From the NCBI GenBank assembly GCA_001179505.1, contig CDMY01000749.1, positions 1 to 24,246 of the forward strand: DNA of 24,246 nt, written 5' to 3'. Within the stretch, counting starts at the first letter, position 1. Each line of letters begins with the position of its first letter. Below the pieces are notes generated by a model. The model did no database searches. It had not been told where the DNA came from and was given only the letters and a program-made list of their open reading frames with translations. Origin of the DNA: Vitrella brassicaformis CCMP3155. Its lineage: Eukaryota; Protista; Chromerida. This document shows, one piece after another, positions 9,734-24,158 of this stretch. The position numbers and the translations under genes were made by a program.

Positions 9734-12700
9734 CTAGTCAATCCGCTGGAACACGACCCCGAAGGAGTCCATTTTGCCTGCAGCAAACAGCATGTCTCAA
9801 TTAAGCGTGTTAATGTTGAGATTTGAATCGACAGCCCGCTTATCTTGCTGGCCGTCATGGTCGAAGAAAAAGGGTTCGACAAGCCGAAGTCCCAGTTCCT
9901 CGACGAGGTTGATGAAGTGGTCGAAGAGTATGCTCATTGCAGCATTGGGCCAGGAGATGTCCGTGTCAAGCCTCTCATGGTGCAAGCAGTTCTCTTGCTG
10001 ACCGTCATGGCCTTGGCAGTGAAAGCAGCTGCATCCGCCCGCTTGGCAGTGAGGGCAGCTGCATCCGCCCGCTTGGCAGTGAGGGCAGCTGCATCCGCCC
10101 CCTTGGCAGTGAGGGCAATTGCAGCCGCCGCTTTGGCAGTGAGGGTAGCTGCATCCGCCCGCTTGGCAGTGAGGGCAGCTGCATCCGCCTCCTTGGCAGT
10201 GAGGGCAACCGCAGTTGCACCCTCCTACACACACATGGACAGTGGGCCAAGCGTGTGCATGTGCAGACCACAGACTCTCTCTTTCTCTTGCTGACCGCCA
10301 TGGCCTTGGCAGTGAGGGCAGCTGCACCCGCTCGCTTGGCAGTGAGGGCAGCTGCATCAGCCCGCTTGGCAGTGAGGGCAGCTGCATCCGCCCGCTTGGC
10401 AGTGAGGGCAGCTGCATCCGCCCCCTTGGNNNNNNNNNNNNNNNNNNNNNNNNNNNNNNNNNNNNNNNNNNNNNNNNNNNNNNNNNNNNNNNNNNNNNNN
10501 NNNNNNNNNNNNNNNNNNNNNNNNNNNNNNNNNNNNNNNNNNNNNNNNNNNNNNNNNNNNNNNNNNNNNNNNNNNNNNNNNNNNNNNNNNNNNNNNNNNN
10601 NNNNNNNNNNNNNNNNNNNNNNNNNNNNNNNNNNNNNNNNNNNNNNNNNNNNNNNNNNNNNNNNNNNNNNNNNNNNNNNNNNNNNNNNNNNNNNNNNNNN
10701 NNNNNNNNNNNNNNNNNNNNNNNNNNNNNCAGTGAGGGCAGCTGCATCCGCCCGCTTGGCAGTGAGGGCAGCTGCATCCGCCCCCTTGGCAGTGAGGGCA
10801 GCTGCATCCGTCCGCTTGGCAGTGAGGGCAGCTGCATCCGCCTCCTTGGCAGTGAGGGCAGCCGCAGTTGCACCCTCCTGCACACACATGGACAGTGGGC
10901 CAAGCGTGTGCATGTGCAGACCACAGACTCTTTCTTTCTCTTGCTGACCGTCATGGCCTTGGCAGTGAAAGCAGCTGCATCCGCCTCCTTGGCAGTGAGG
11001 GCAGCCGCAGTTGCACCCTCCTGCACACACATGGACAGTGGGCCAAGCGTGTGCATGTGCAGACCACAGACTCTTTCTTTCTCTTGCTGACCGCCATGGC
11101 CTTGGCAGTGAGGGCAGCTGCACCCGCTCGCTTGGCAGTGAGGGCAGCTGCATCAGCCCGCTTGGCAGTGAGGGCAGCTGCATCCGCCCGCTTGGCAGTG
11201 AGGGCAGCTGCATCCGCCCCCTTGGCAGTGAGGGCAATTGCAGCCGCCGCTTTGGCAGTGAGGGTAGCTGCATCCGCCCGCTTGGCAGTGAGGGCAGCTG
11301 CATCCGCCTCCTTGGCAGTGAGGGCAACCGCAGTTGCACCCTCCTACACACACATGGACAGTGGGCCAAGCGTGTGCATGTGCAGACCACAGACTCTCTC
11401 TTTCTCTTGCTGACCGCCATGGCCTTGGCAGTGAGGGCAGCTGCACCCGCTCGCTTGGCAGTGAGGGCAGCTGCATCAGCCCGCTTGGCAGTGAGGGCAG
11501 CTGCATCCGCCCGCTTGGCAGTGAGGGCAGCTGCATCCGCCCCCTTGGCAGTGAGGGCAGCTGCATCCGTCCGCTTGGCAGTGAGGGCAGCTGCATCCGC
11601 CTCCTTGGCAGTGAGGGCAGCCGCAGTTGCACCCTCCTGCACACACATGGACAGTGGGCCAAGCGTGTGCATGTGCAGACCACAGACTCTTTCTTTCTCT
11701 TGCTGACCGTCATGGCCTTGGCAGTGAGGGCAGCTGCACCCGCCTCCTTGGCAGTGAGGGCAATTGCAGCCGCCGCTTTGGCAGTGAGGGTAGCTGCATC
11801 CGCCCGCTTGGCAGTGAGGGCAGCTGCATCCGCCTCCTTGGCAGTGAGGGCAGCTGCATCCGCCCGCTCGGCAGTGAGGGCAGCTGCATCCGCCCGCTTG
11901 ACAGTAAGGGCAGCTGCATCCGCCTCCTTGGCAGTGAGGGCAGCTGCAGTTGCACCCTCTTGCACACACATGGACAGTGGGCCAAGCGTGTGCATGTCCA
12001 GACCACAGACTCTCTCTTTCTCTTGCTGACCGTCATGGCCTTGGCAGTGAGCAGCTGCATCCACCCGCTTGGCAGTGAGAGCAGCTGCATCCGCCCGCTT
12101 GGCAGTGAGAGCAGCTCCATCCGCCTCCTTGGCAGTGAAGGCAGCCGCAGTTGCACCCTCCTACACACACATGGACAGTGGGCCAAGCGTGTGCATGTGC
12201 AGACCACAGACTCTTTCTTTCTCTTGCTGACCGCCATGGCCTTGGCAGTGAGGGCAGCTGCACCCGCTCGCTTGGCAGTGAGGGCAGCTGCATCAGCCCG
12301 CTTGGCAGTGAGGGCAGCTGCATCCGCCTCCTTGGCAGTGAGACACACATGGACAGGTGCAAGTGTGTGCGTGTGTAGATCGATCCTATCTCTGTCTCTC
12401 TCTCACACTCACCGTCGTGGTGGTGGTGGTGGCAGCTGCAGCCTTTCTCGCCTGTCTTGCACTTGCACCCTTTCTCCTTGCCGGGCTCGGTCAAGTCAGA
12501 GGGCGTCTCTGCACAGACATGGACAGCTGCAAGTGTGTGCGTGTGTAGATCGATCTATGTCTCTGTCTCTCCCTCTCTCTCGCACTGACCGTCGTGGTGG
12601 CACTTGCAGCCCCCGCAGCTGCAGCCTTGGCAGGTGCAGCCCCCACCAGACCCGTGATGACACTGGCACCCTTCCTGCTCGCCGGTCACTGCACACACAT

Positions 12701-13910
12701 GGACAGCTGGCAAATGTGTGCATGTGCAGACCTCTCTCTTTCTCTTGCTGACCGTCATGCTTGAAAAGCACAGTCTTAACGTACCACGCGCGCGCGCACA
12801 CACACACACACACACACAGAGAGAGAGAGAACGAAGCAGCAGTCCAGACTCCGTACAGAAGGTGTGTGTTTCAGTGGTCAGTGCTCACGTCTGTGTCGAT
12901 GTAGACCTTGCCGCCCTGACAGATACGCACATACAGAAAGAGCGACAGAGAGAGAGAGAGACAAGAATGTATCGAAAGTGGTGCATCAGACGAGAGGCGC
13001 TGACCGGCGCGAGGAGCGAGTGAATGTTCTGCCAAAATGGGGTTTTGAGGTTGAAGCCGGCAGCCACTGGCTGATATTTTTGTCTGTCGATGGCGGCGTA
13101 TTCGCGGTGTCCCAGTAGATTGGAAGGGCACGACAAGAGCACGATGTGATGGAAGTGGTCGAAGGGAAGTCCCAGAGTCTTGTGGGCAGAATCGACCTGC
13201 AGGGAATGCATGCATGAGGGGATAGCAATAGCTGCAGGAGTCTCTCACCTACCTGCGCAGTGTTTTCCATGTCGAGCTGCCAAAAAGGCGGCACAGGAAC
13301 GTCGGCGAGGAGAGACCACGCATCAGAATTCTTGTTATCGTTGACGGTGCTGTGGTCTGGGATCTCAAACTGGACCATTTTCTCCCTCTTCGAGTATCCG
13401 CTGAGCTTGCGCGGCACCCCTTCCTTGGATTGCCAATCCATGAGCGCAACGCCTCCCATGTATGTCTTCCACCTGAAGGTAGGCAACACAAGTCGTGCAC
13501 GTGAGCGCACATGACATGCGCAGCAGCCGGCACTGGACAGACCATTCTAGGGGGGGACGCTGTCCGGGAGTGCTGTCCGGGTGGCCTAGGCCATGAATCA
13601 CGGAGTCCGGCCTCCCGAAGATGGGCGAATGACATGCTTGACATCAAAAGCATTGCAAAGTGATGCACTCAATGTCGTCCTGTGCTTTAAATTTGTGTGC
13701 GCTCTTGACTGCATTTCATGATATACCCAGCAGAGTATTCCGGACGTGCTTCCTCTCAAGTCGAAGGAAGGAGTTGTCGACGTCAGCTTGACCGATGGAG
13801 GAATTGTGGCGCGACCCCCAACACCAGCCCAGAGTCACTGGGAGGCAGCTCAGCAGTGTCAGCAGATGGAAATATGCCAACATTGCAATGCCGTGACGGG
13901 GCGACATCAT
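9734..13910 (-). CDS. Signal-peptide-bearing class I SAM-methyltransferase-like protein with a giant metallothionein-like Cys/His insert
   Basis: Manual exons: 13910-13727, 13636-13543, 13472-13253, 13196-13005, 12915-12889, 12774-12753, 12688-12590, 12508-12413, at least 9 repeat exons between ~12330 and ~10003, read-through to 9853, then 9777-9734. Splice phases are consistent across the unique exons. The spliced product has FWQLDMEN, PFDHFHHIVLL and FWQNIHSLLAP|GGKVYIDTD, then the Cys/His exons, then LFDHFINLVEELGLRLVEPFFFDHD|GKMDSFGVVFQRID*. Exons 1-2 are the least certain. The exon at 12031-12160 is 130 nt and out of phase. Confidence 0.6.
10003..12340 (-). repeat. Coding minisatellite: 30-bp units (GCAGTGAGGGCAGCTGCATCCGCCCGCTTG on +) in blocks separated by a repeated 71-nt intron
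   Basis: Roughly 45-50 units by eye, in at least 9 blocks. Each spacer on the minus strand reads GTCAGCAAGAG...TGTCCATGTGTGTGCAG. One N gap (10430-10729) lies inside the array, so copy number is uncertain. Confidence 0.9.
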
Positions 13911-13996
13911 GCTGCTTGCCCCGGTGGTCGTTGATTTTGCCGACGACGAGGTGCGCCCGATGTCAGCGGCTTCGAACTTAGTTAGAACTCAAGTTA

Positions 13997-14123
13997 TACG
14001 GCCAACACGCGTAGATCGAGACGCCCCCACTCGCATGCACACACACACACCCGTGTGTTGTCACGATGCCCAGTCCCACTTACGGCCAACACGCGTAGAT
14101 CGAGACGCCCCCACTCGCATGCA
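13997..14123. repeat. 84-bp-period tandem repeat in the intergenic region between the divergent methyltransferase-like and TrxR genes
   Basis: TACGGCCAACACGCGTAGATCGAGACGCCCCCACTCGCATGCAC starts at 13997 and 14081, and again at 14982 and 15066 in the duplicated contig. Confidence 0.85.
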
Positions 14124-14194
14124 CATCTTGCCGCCTTCCGTGTGTCATATTTGTCGGCCCCCTTCTCGTGCGTGATACGTCCTGCCTAGATTAA

Positions 14195-14656
<462 letters not shown>

Positions 14657-15179
14657 TGAGTGAGTGAGTGAGNNNNNNNNNNNNNNNNNNNNNNNNNNNN
14701 NNNNNNNNNNNNNNNNNNNNNNNNNNNNNNNNNNNNNNNNNNNNNNNNNNNNNNNNNNNNNNNNNNNNNNNNNNNNNNNNNNNNNNNNNNNNNNNNNNNN
14801 NNNNNNNNNNNNNNNNNNNNNNNNNNNNNNNNNNNNNNNNNNNNNNNNNNNNNNNNNNNNNNNNNNNNNNNNNNNNNNNNNNNNNNNNNNNNNNNNNNNN
14901 NNNNNNNNNNNNNNNNNNNNNNNNNNNNNNNNNNNNNNNNNNNNNNNNNNNNNNNNNNNNNNNNNNNNNNNNAGTCCCACTTACGGCCAACACGCGTAGA
15001 TCGAGACGCCCCCACTCGCATGCACACACACACACCCGTGTGTTGTCACGATGCCCAGTCCCACTTACGGCCAACACGCGTAGATCGAGACGCCCCCACT
15101 CGCATGCACATCTTGCCGCCTTCCGTGTGTCATATTTGTCGGCCCCCTTCTCGTGCGTGATACGTCCTGCCTAGATTAA

Positions 15180-18125
<2,946 letters not shown>

Positions 18126-18330
18126 TGAGACAGACAAGTGGTACTGCACGATGCTTCCGTAGCAGCTCGAACTGCACGCGGGACCTGACGGCACGGTGGA
18201 ACGACGGGATGCAAGGTGACCGTCGCGTGATGAAGAAGCAGTAGTAGTTGCGTGGCTTGACGTCCCTCCCGGAGAGCCACCCCTTCTCAATGTGCTACCT
18301 CGCTTCAGCAACTGAGACAGCCATGACACA

Positions 18331-18366
<36 letters not shown>

Positions 18367-19243
18367 ACGGGGCAGATTTCTCGCGGGTGAGACGTCAGTA
18401 CACTTGTATGTGGCCCATACTACCCCTTTTGTGCGGCGGTAGTGTCGTCCTTCGATGGGCACGATGTGGTTGGTCGCGGATAGTCAGTACAGCCACTCAC
18501 CAGCCCATGCCGTCAATGGTGAAGGAGTGATGCTGTGTGTGAGCTCCAGACACGCATGCAAACTGCTGTCATTGTCATTTCACAGTGGCTGACTGACCGA
18601 TCCATGGAGTGGCTGCATGACCGACCGCCGCACAAACAATGCACAAATTGATTTGGCGCCCAGCTGCTTCTGATTGTGTGTCTGTGTACTGTGTGTCCTT
18701 TTCAGGCGTACGTTACTCAAGAGAGGAGAGAGAAAGAGATCGCTCCAGTGTATCTGTCTATGAGTGCACGTGATGACACGACAATTTAGGCGATCATGAC
18801 CGGTGCGTGTCATATTTGTGGGTGTACCTCTGTAGGTAGGTAGGCAGGCAGGCAAGTCATTGCATGGGCGAAGGATCATACCCCGGGTCCATCCATGTCT
18901 GACAGGCAAATTCAATTCATGCATGTGTCCCGACTGAGAAACCCGTGACATAGGGGAAACTGCACCCAAGACGACAAAAAAGGGGGAAGAAACCCAACAA
19001 GTCAGTGTGCATCTGCCTCGATCGATGCACTATACATAAACTCCTCTCGCCACAAGGCCCCCCCACACACATGCCCAATCCTCCCTGTCTGTTGCATGAT
19101 CTCGTGTCAGCGAAACGCCTATCTAAGGAATCAGACCACCTACAGACATACAAAATCCTCTCACGACCCACAGCTGCCTGAGGTTGTCATGCACGCACAT
19201 CCGACTCCCAAACAACACCACCATGCAGTCTTTTCGTGTTCAT

Positions 19244-19908
19244 TCAGGCGCGATCTTTCTTGACGCGAGGTCCTGTCCAGAGGACCACCCATGGCAGCGC
19301 CACCAGTGTCCACACCATCGTCCTGGCGAAACGCGCAAAATCGTGGTCATCCACCTCGACACTCGCCAGCCGTATGAGCAGATCCGACACACTCAAACTG
19401 CACACGCGCGCGCGGAGAGAGAAACAGAGGCATACAACATCCTTTGCATAATTATGCAGCCAGGGCAGTTCCGTGGGAAACGATCTGCTCACTCATTGTC
19501 AATGGCGCGCGAGTACTGGGCCAACACAGGCACGACGTTGTCCAGGAACTTGGCTTGCATCATGCCAATGGTCCACCCGAGCGCCCAGGCAACGCCCTGC
19601 TTGTTAGCTTGAACATAGCCATTGATCAGGAGGGCAAACGTCCCGCCCAGGCACGCCGCAACCGCATTCCGCGATGTCAGGCCGATGGCAGTGATTTCGA
19701 CGGCAGTCAGTGGCCGCATTCTCTGTCGGTCCAGTGCATGTGAAGACGCGTGGGTCAAACGGGCGTGGGCGGGCCGGATGAAGGCGCCACATGTCAGCAG
19801 GGGCGACAGGACGACAGAAACAAGCAGAAGGCGGAAGCTGCAAACACCAGCACGCAGACTTACGAGCAATATTGCTTGCGAGTGGGCATTGAGTGAATGC
19901 TTTCTCAC
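19244..19908 (-). CDS. Small putative membrane protein of unknown function (start uncertain)
   Basis: Hydrophobic leader RLLLVSVVLSPLLTCGAF, then ITAIGLTSRNAVAACLGGTFALLING...AWALGWTIG. A GTGAG...GTGCAG intron at 19492-19398 joins in phase to a final exon containing MVWTLVALPWVVLW. Confidence 0.45.
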
Positions 19909-20047
19909 CTCAACGCCACCATACTGTCTGAGCCTCGGGATCTTGCTGCAAGCCGTTCACAGATGCGCGCACGTGTCCGCTGCCGTAAAACGCAAAGTGC
20001 TTTGCTTTTCCCGAGCGGGTGCATTCCACTTTTTTTCTTGAACAGTT

Positions 20048-21079
20048 ATGAGGTGGACTCTTTTCCGCTCCGTGGGTCATCAGATCAACGAGTCTGATGA
20101 GAAGATCTCGTCTGCGCTTGGTGTCTGCCGAGGATCGCATCGCATTGATTACACCAAGGAGGACGGCACATCGGCGCAGGAGGTGCCCGTGGAGAAGCAG
20201 TGGGAGGCCGACCGGCCTGCCCTGCAGAACCTGGGCATCTTCTCCGGGATGGCTCTGGCCATGTACAACTTCCCCGAGGGCATCGCCACCTTCACTGCTG
20301 CCCTCGCAGACCCCATAATCGGGCTCGGTATGTGCCGATCCGATAAAGGAAAGCCGTTGCCGTATACAACAACCCACTGGTCTCGTGTGTGCGGGCGCGC
20401 CTGCAGGCGTGGCCGTTGCAATTGCCATCCACAACATCCCTGAGGGCATTGCCGTGAGTGTCCCGATCTTCTACGCCACAGGCAGCAAATGCAAGGCATT
20501 CTGTAAGCAACTTAGGTGTGCACACAGACGACAGTGAGACGGAGGAATGCATGCGTGTCTGTGTATGTGTATGTGTGTGTGTCCTGCAGGGTGGTCTGTG
20601 CTGTGTGGCGCTGCGGAGCCGGTTGGCGGTTTGTTGGCGTGGGTCGTACTCACAAACCTGATGGTGAGAGACACCCAGCGCAAACACAATCACAAAGGCC
20701 CACACGCACACCCACACGAGTGAATACGGCCCCCGCTCTCGTTCCCCACTCAGACGCCCAGCGCATTCGCCATTCTCTTCTGCCTCGTGGGCGGCATCAT
20801 GATCCACATCTGCATCAAGAAACTCATCCCGACCGCCCTGCGATACGACCCACACGTACGCACGCACAGCACACACATACACATGCGAATGCAGCACACA
20901 CAGTCCCAACGGGGGCGGTGAGACGAGAAGAGACAGACAGGCGAAGTGAGTGAGAAACTAGCCGCACATGTGGGGGTGTGCTCGTGTGATTGTGTCAGGA
21001 CTACCTATCCTCTGACATCGTGTTGGTGGGCATGGCTGTGATGGCGCTCAGTCTGGTTCTCCTGGCCTTCTATGGCTGA
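20048..21079 (+). CDS. ZIP (ZupT/GufA-like) divalent metal transporter; only TM4-TM8 visible, possibly a truncated or pseudogenised copy
   Basis: Exons ~20048-20327, 20407-20502, 20590-20663, 20754-20855 and 20999-21079, with GT-AG introns in phase. Motifs: [61 protein letters not shown] and GMAVMALSL. Confidence 0.85.
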
Positions 21080-21565
21080 GGAGAGGGGCACATCCAGGCC
21101 CCCCGCCATACAGTATTGTTATCTTTTTCGATTCATGTACGTCCAGATGGCTGACGCGGGCCGGCGTGGCGCACCCCTTTATGTGTCCTCCTGCCCGCCC
21201 CCGTCACTACGGCTCTAAGACTTTATCGGTTGCGTGATGATGAGGCATTCATTAGTGGGCCCGCCCTGGACCTTTCTCCTTCTGACCTTCGTGGGTGCGG
21301 GGGAATGGGGGCCGTATTCCTTCGTGTGTGTGTTTGTTGTGTTGTGCGTCGCTGCTGCACATGACTGACGCAACACAGAGATAGATGCGACAGGCAGACG
21401 CATCAAGACTACACAAACCGGTGGCCAGGGCAGCGGAACAGGGAGACGGCGATGAGCGTGTTGCATGCTGTGGCGGAGGGCATCATGTGTAGAAAGCTCA
21501 ATGTGTGGTGTGGACTAACCACCTCTCTCCCCCTCTGTCCCTCACCCTTATTCCTTTTCTCTACG

Positions 21566-21597
<32 letters not shown>

Positions 21598-23509
21598 CGT
21601 GCGTGTACATGTCTGCGCGATTGTGTGCGGTGTTGTTGTGTGTTGTGGGTATGCCCTCCCGTGGCTGTCTGGGTAGGATGTGCCGCCTGGTGTGACGCGT
21701 CTTAATTTTCTCCTCTCCACCGGCCGCTGTTTCTCTCTTGAGATACAGAGGCTACTCGACTGACTCGGGCGGGCAAATCGGCGGGACTCCATGGACTGCC
21801 TTGCCATCTACACCTGTGTGCGCCTCTGTCTGTGAGCGATGTGTTGTGCTTCTTTGCTCCGTGTTGTGTTGTGTGTCGTTCATTGATGCCTACGTGTGTG
21901 CGGCTGTGTGCTTGGCGTGAATGGCAAGAGTGTCCGGGGATTTTCAGACGTCCTCTTGACGGACGGAAGCGCCGCGACACCGAGCATGGTGCCTGCCACT
22001 CGTGTGTGCATGGGTGCTGATTTCCATCGCTAGTTAGGCGAGATATGACGTGGTGTGTAATGTGTGTGTGCGTGTAAGTCTGTCTACATGTAAGTGTATT
22101 TGTATCGGTGGCTGATGGCTGACTGTCTTCCATACCATAGCTGCTCTGGTGTCCGTAGTCGGTCGGTATGGGTGTAAGAGATGTCCGTCGATTAAGGTGG
22201 GTGATGGATGGCCCGACAGGGTCTTGGAGGGGGCGAGGTGGCTGGCTGGGGGATATATTTCGATTTTCCATCGCCCTGAGACGGCGAGAAGATGCACATT
22301 TTTCCGAATATATGCGCACATACCCCCTTGCGATCACATGGCGGCGGCAGAATATTACATATTATGAGCTGCCTGCCACTCATTTGACAGTCCTCATCGT
22401 CTCCCTCGTCCGACATCTCTGCTGGCTGTCTCTCTACCGATGCACACATGAATGGCATCGTGCAAGCCCACAGCCCATGACATGACATGAATGATATGTA
22501 CACGCGCGCCGGGCTCTTACTCGGCCTGTCTGTCTGTATGGCCGCTCGAGTGGCTAGTGAGTGATGCATGGGTCGTCGGGCTGGCATTCATCTTTATCTG
22601 CGGATGTGCCAGTGAGCCAGCCACTTTTTTGAAGGCCCGGTTCCTTCATGTGTTTGGGACCTCGTGTGCCGACACGTCGGCTGAGATTGGTTTTTTCCCC
22701 GGTCGGTGCGGCCAGTGCCTATTGGCACGATATATATGATTCCTGATATTGCTGTGCATGGTGTGGGCTTGTCAGTCAGCAGATGACATCACGACTCGGA
22801 TGGATTATACATCAAGTCACGTGGATTGCCGGCCGCAGGTGACACACACGATCAGGCAGACCCATCGAAAGCCATATGATATTCCACCCCGCACACCACC
22901 ACACGGCTCATCCATCGTGCAGTCGCCCGGCGCTTCAGGATTAAGAGCAAAAGTGGCTCTAAAAAATCGAGTTTCACCGGCGCAAAATAAAGCTCTTGTC
23001 GTGCTCTCTCTCATACTTGCACTCACATTTCTCCACATGGCCATCTCCGGCCTGAAGGATGAGACACCACATAGGATCCCCGATATGTGAAAGAAGTGAT
23101 GATAGCGAGCGAACCGCAAGTTCAAATGAAGTGCTTGATAGCGCCAACACGTACGCTGCTTTATATGCATTCATACAGATGGCCCTTAAAATTCGCTGTC
23201 TGTATGGTCCCATCAATCTATCATCTATCATCTTGATACGAGGGGGCCTTCTCTCTGTGTCTGTCTGGATAGAGACGCACGATAGACAGGGATTATTGCC
23301 CGTCTATCGTGAAACAGACAGCGAGGAGCGGGGAGTGGCTGACGGAAAGACTCTCGCTGTGGGGTCTAGTGTGGTGATGAGTAGGGTGTATGGTGTGGTG
23401 AGTGATGTGATGTCGCCTGTAGAACAGTCACTGGGTCGACGTGTGTGGCTCACGTGAGATCTTTTTGGCGGAGGGGGACCCTTGAGGCGTTTCGCGCGGT
23501 ACTCGTGTG

Positions 23510-23755
23510 GTGTAGGGTTTAGGGTTTAGACCTAACACGACAACCCTAACCCTACACGCAGATGTTTGATTTTCTGCAGGAGTGTCGGGAGGTTTTTGGG
23601 ATTTGTGCGCTTTGGATTCCGACTGGAATCAATCCAAATTCTAAAGTCGCAGGGCTCCGGGAGGTGTGTGGTGAGTGGGGTTTTGCTGGGTTCAGACAAC
23701 CAAACCCGACAGCCCTAACCCTAAACTCAGAGGTTGATTTTTGCGAGGGAAGTGG
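23510..23755. repeat. Diverged tandem duplication (~170-bp period) carrying telomere-type TTTAGGG/CCCTAA motifs; the first unit forms a hairpin
   Basis: GTGTAGGGTTTAGGGTT (23510-23526) pairs with AACCCTAACCCTACAC (23542-23557). The pattern GGGTT.AGAC...CGACA.CCCTAACCCTA.AC.CAGA..TTGATTTT recurs near 23688-23745. Confidence 0.6.
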
Positions 23756-24127
23756 ACGCAGATGCAGTTGACCATCGTCCATTGGATCCAGGAAATGCAT
23801 CTATGCAGTCAGTCGGTCAGCACAAATGTACCAAACAGTCAAACAGACAGACAGACGGGCACAAACGCACTGCACGCATATGGCAAGACGGGCAGGCAGG
23901 CAAACAGCAAATCGCCACATGCATCGTCAGTCGGTCAACATACACGCACCAGACAGACAAACACATAGCGAGACAGGCATAGCGAGACAATTGTGCCCCT
24001 TTATATGACACACCCTCACAGGCAGGCAGGCAGACACCGCACTGTCACGGCATAGAGGCACACATCTTCAAGGCACTCGCTTGGTACGTACGTGCGACAA
24101 AAGCGACAAACGCATGCTAGAAAAAAC

Positions 24128-24158
<31 letters not shown>

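Noticed and set aside
10005-12064. Ala-rich (AAALTAKRAD, AVRAAASARL) or MQLPSLPSGR repeat proteins from the ORF track
   Set aside because: These are alternative frames of the same minisatellite. The phase-1 introns and the unique flanking exons put the Cys/His frame on the minus strand in register. The plus strand has weaker splice signals.
10003-12340. CRISPR-like repeat/spacer array
   Set aside because: The spacers are copies of one another with GT...AG ends, the repeats are directly tandem, and there are no cas genes. The context is eukaryotic.
14030-14050. Metal-response element (TGCACAC) in the bidirectional promoter
   Set aside because: The heptamer is common in this CA/TG-rich DNA, and MTF-1-type regulation is not established in alveolates.
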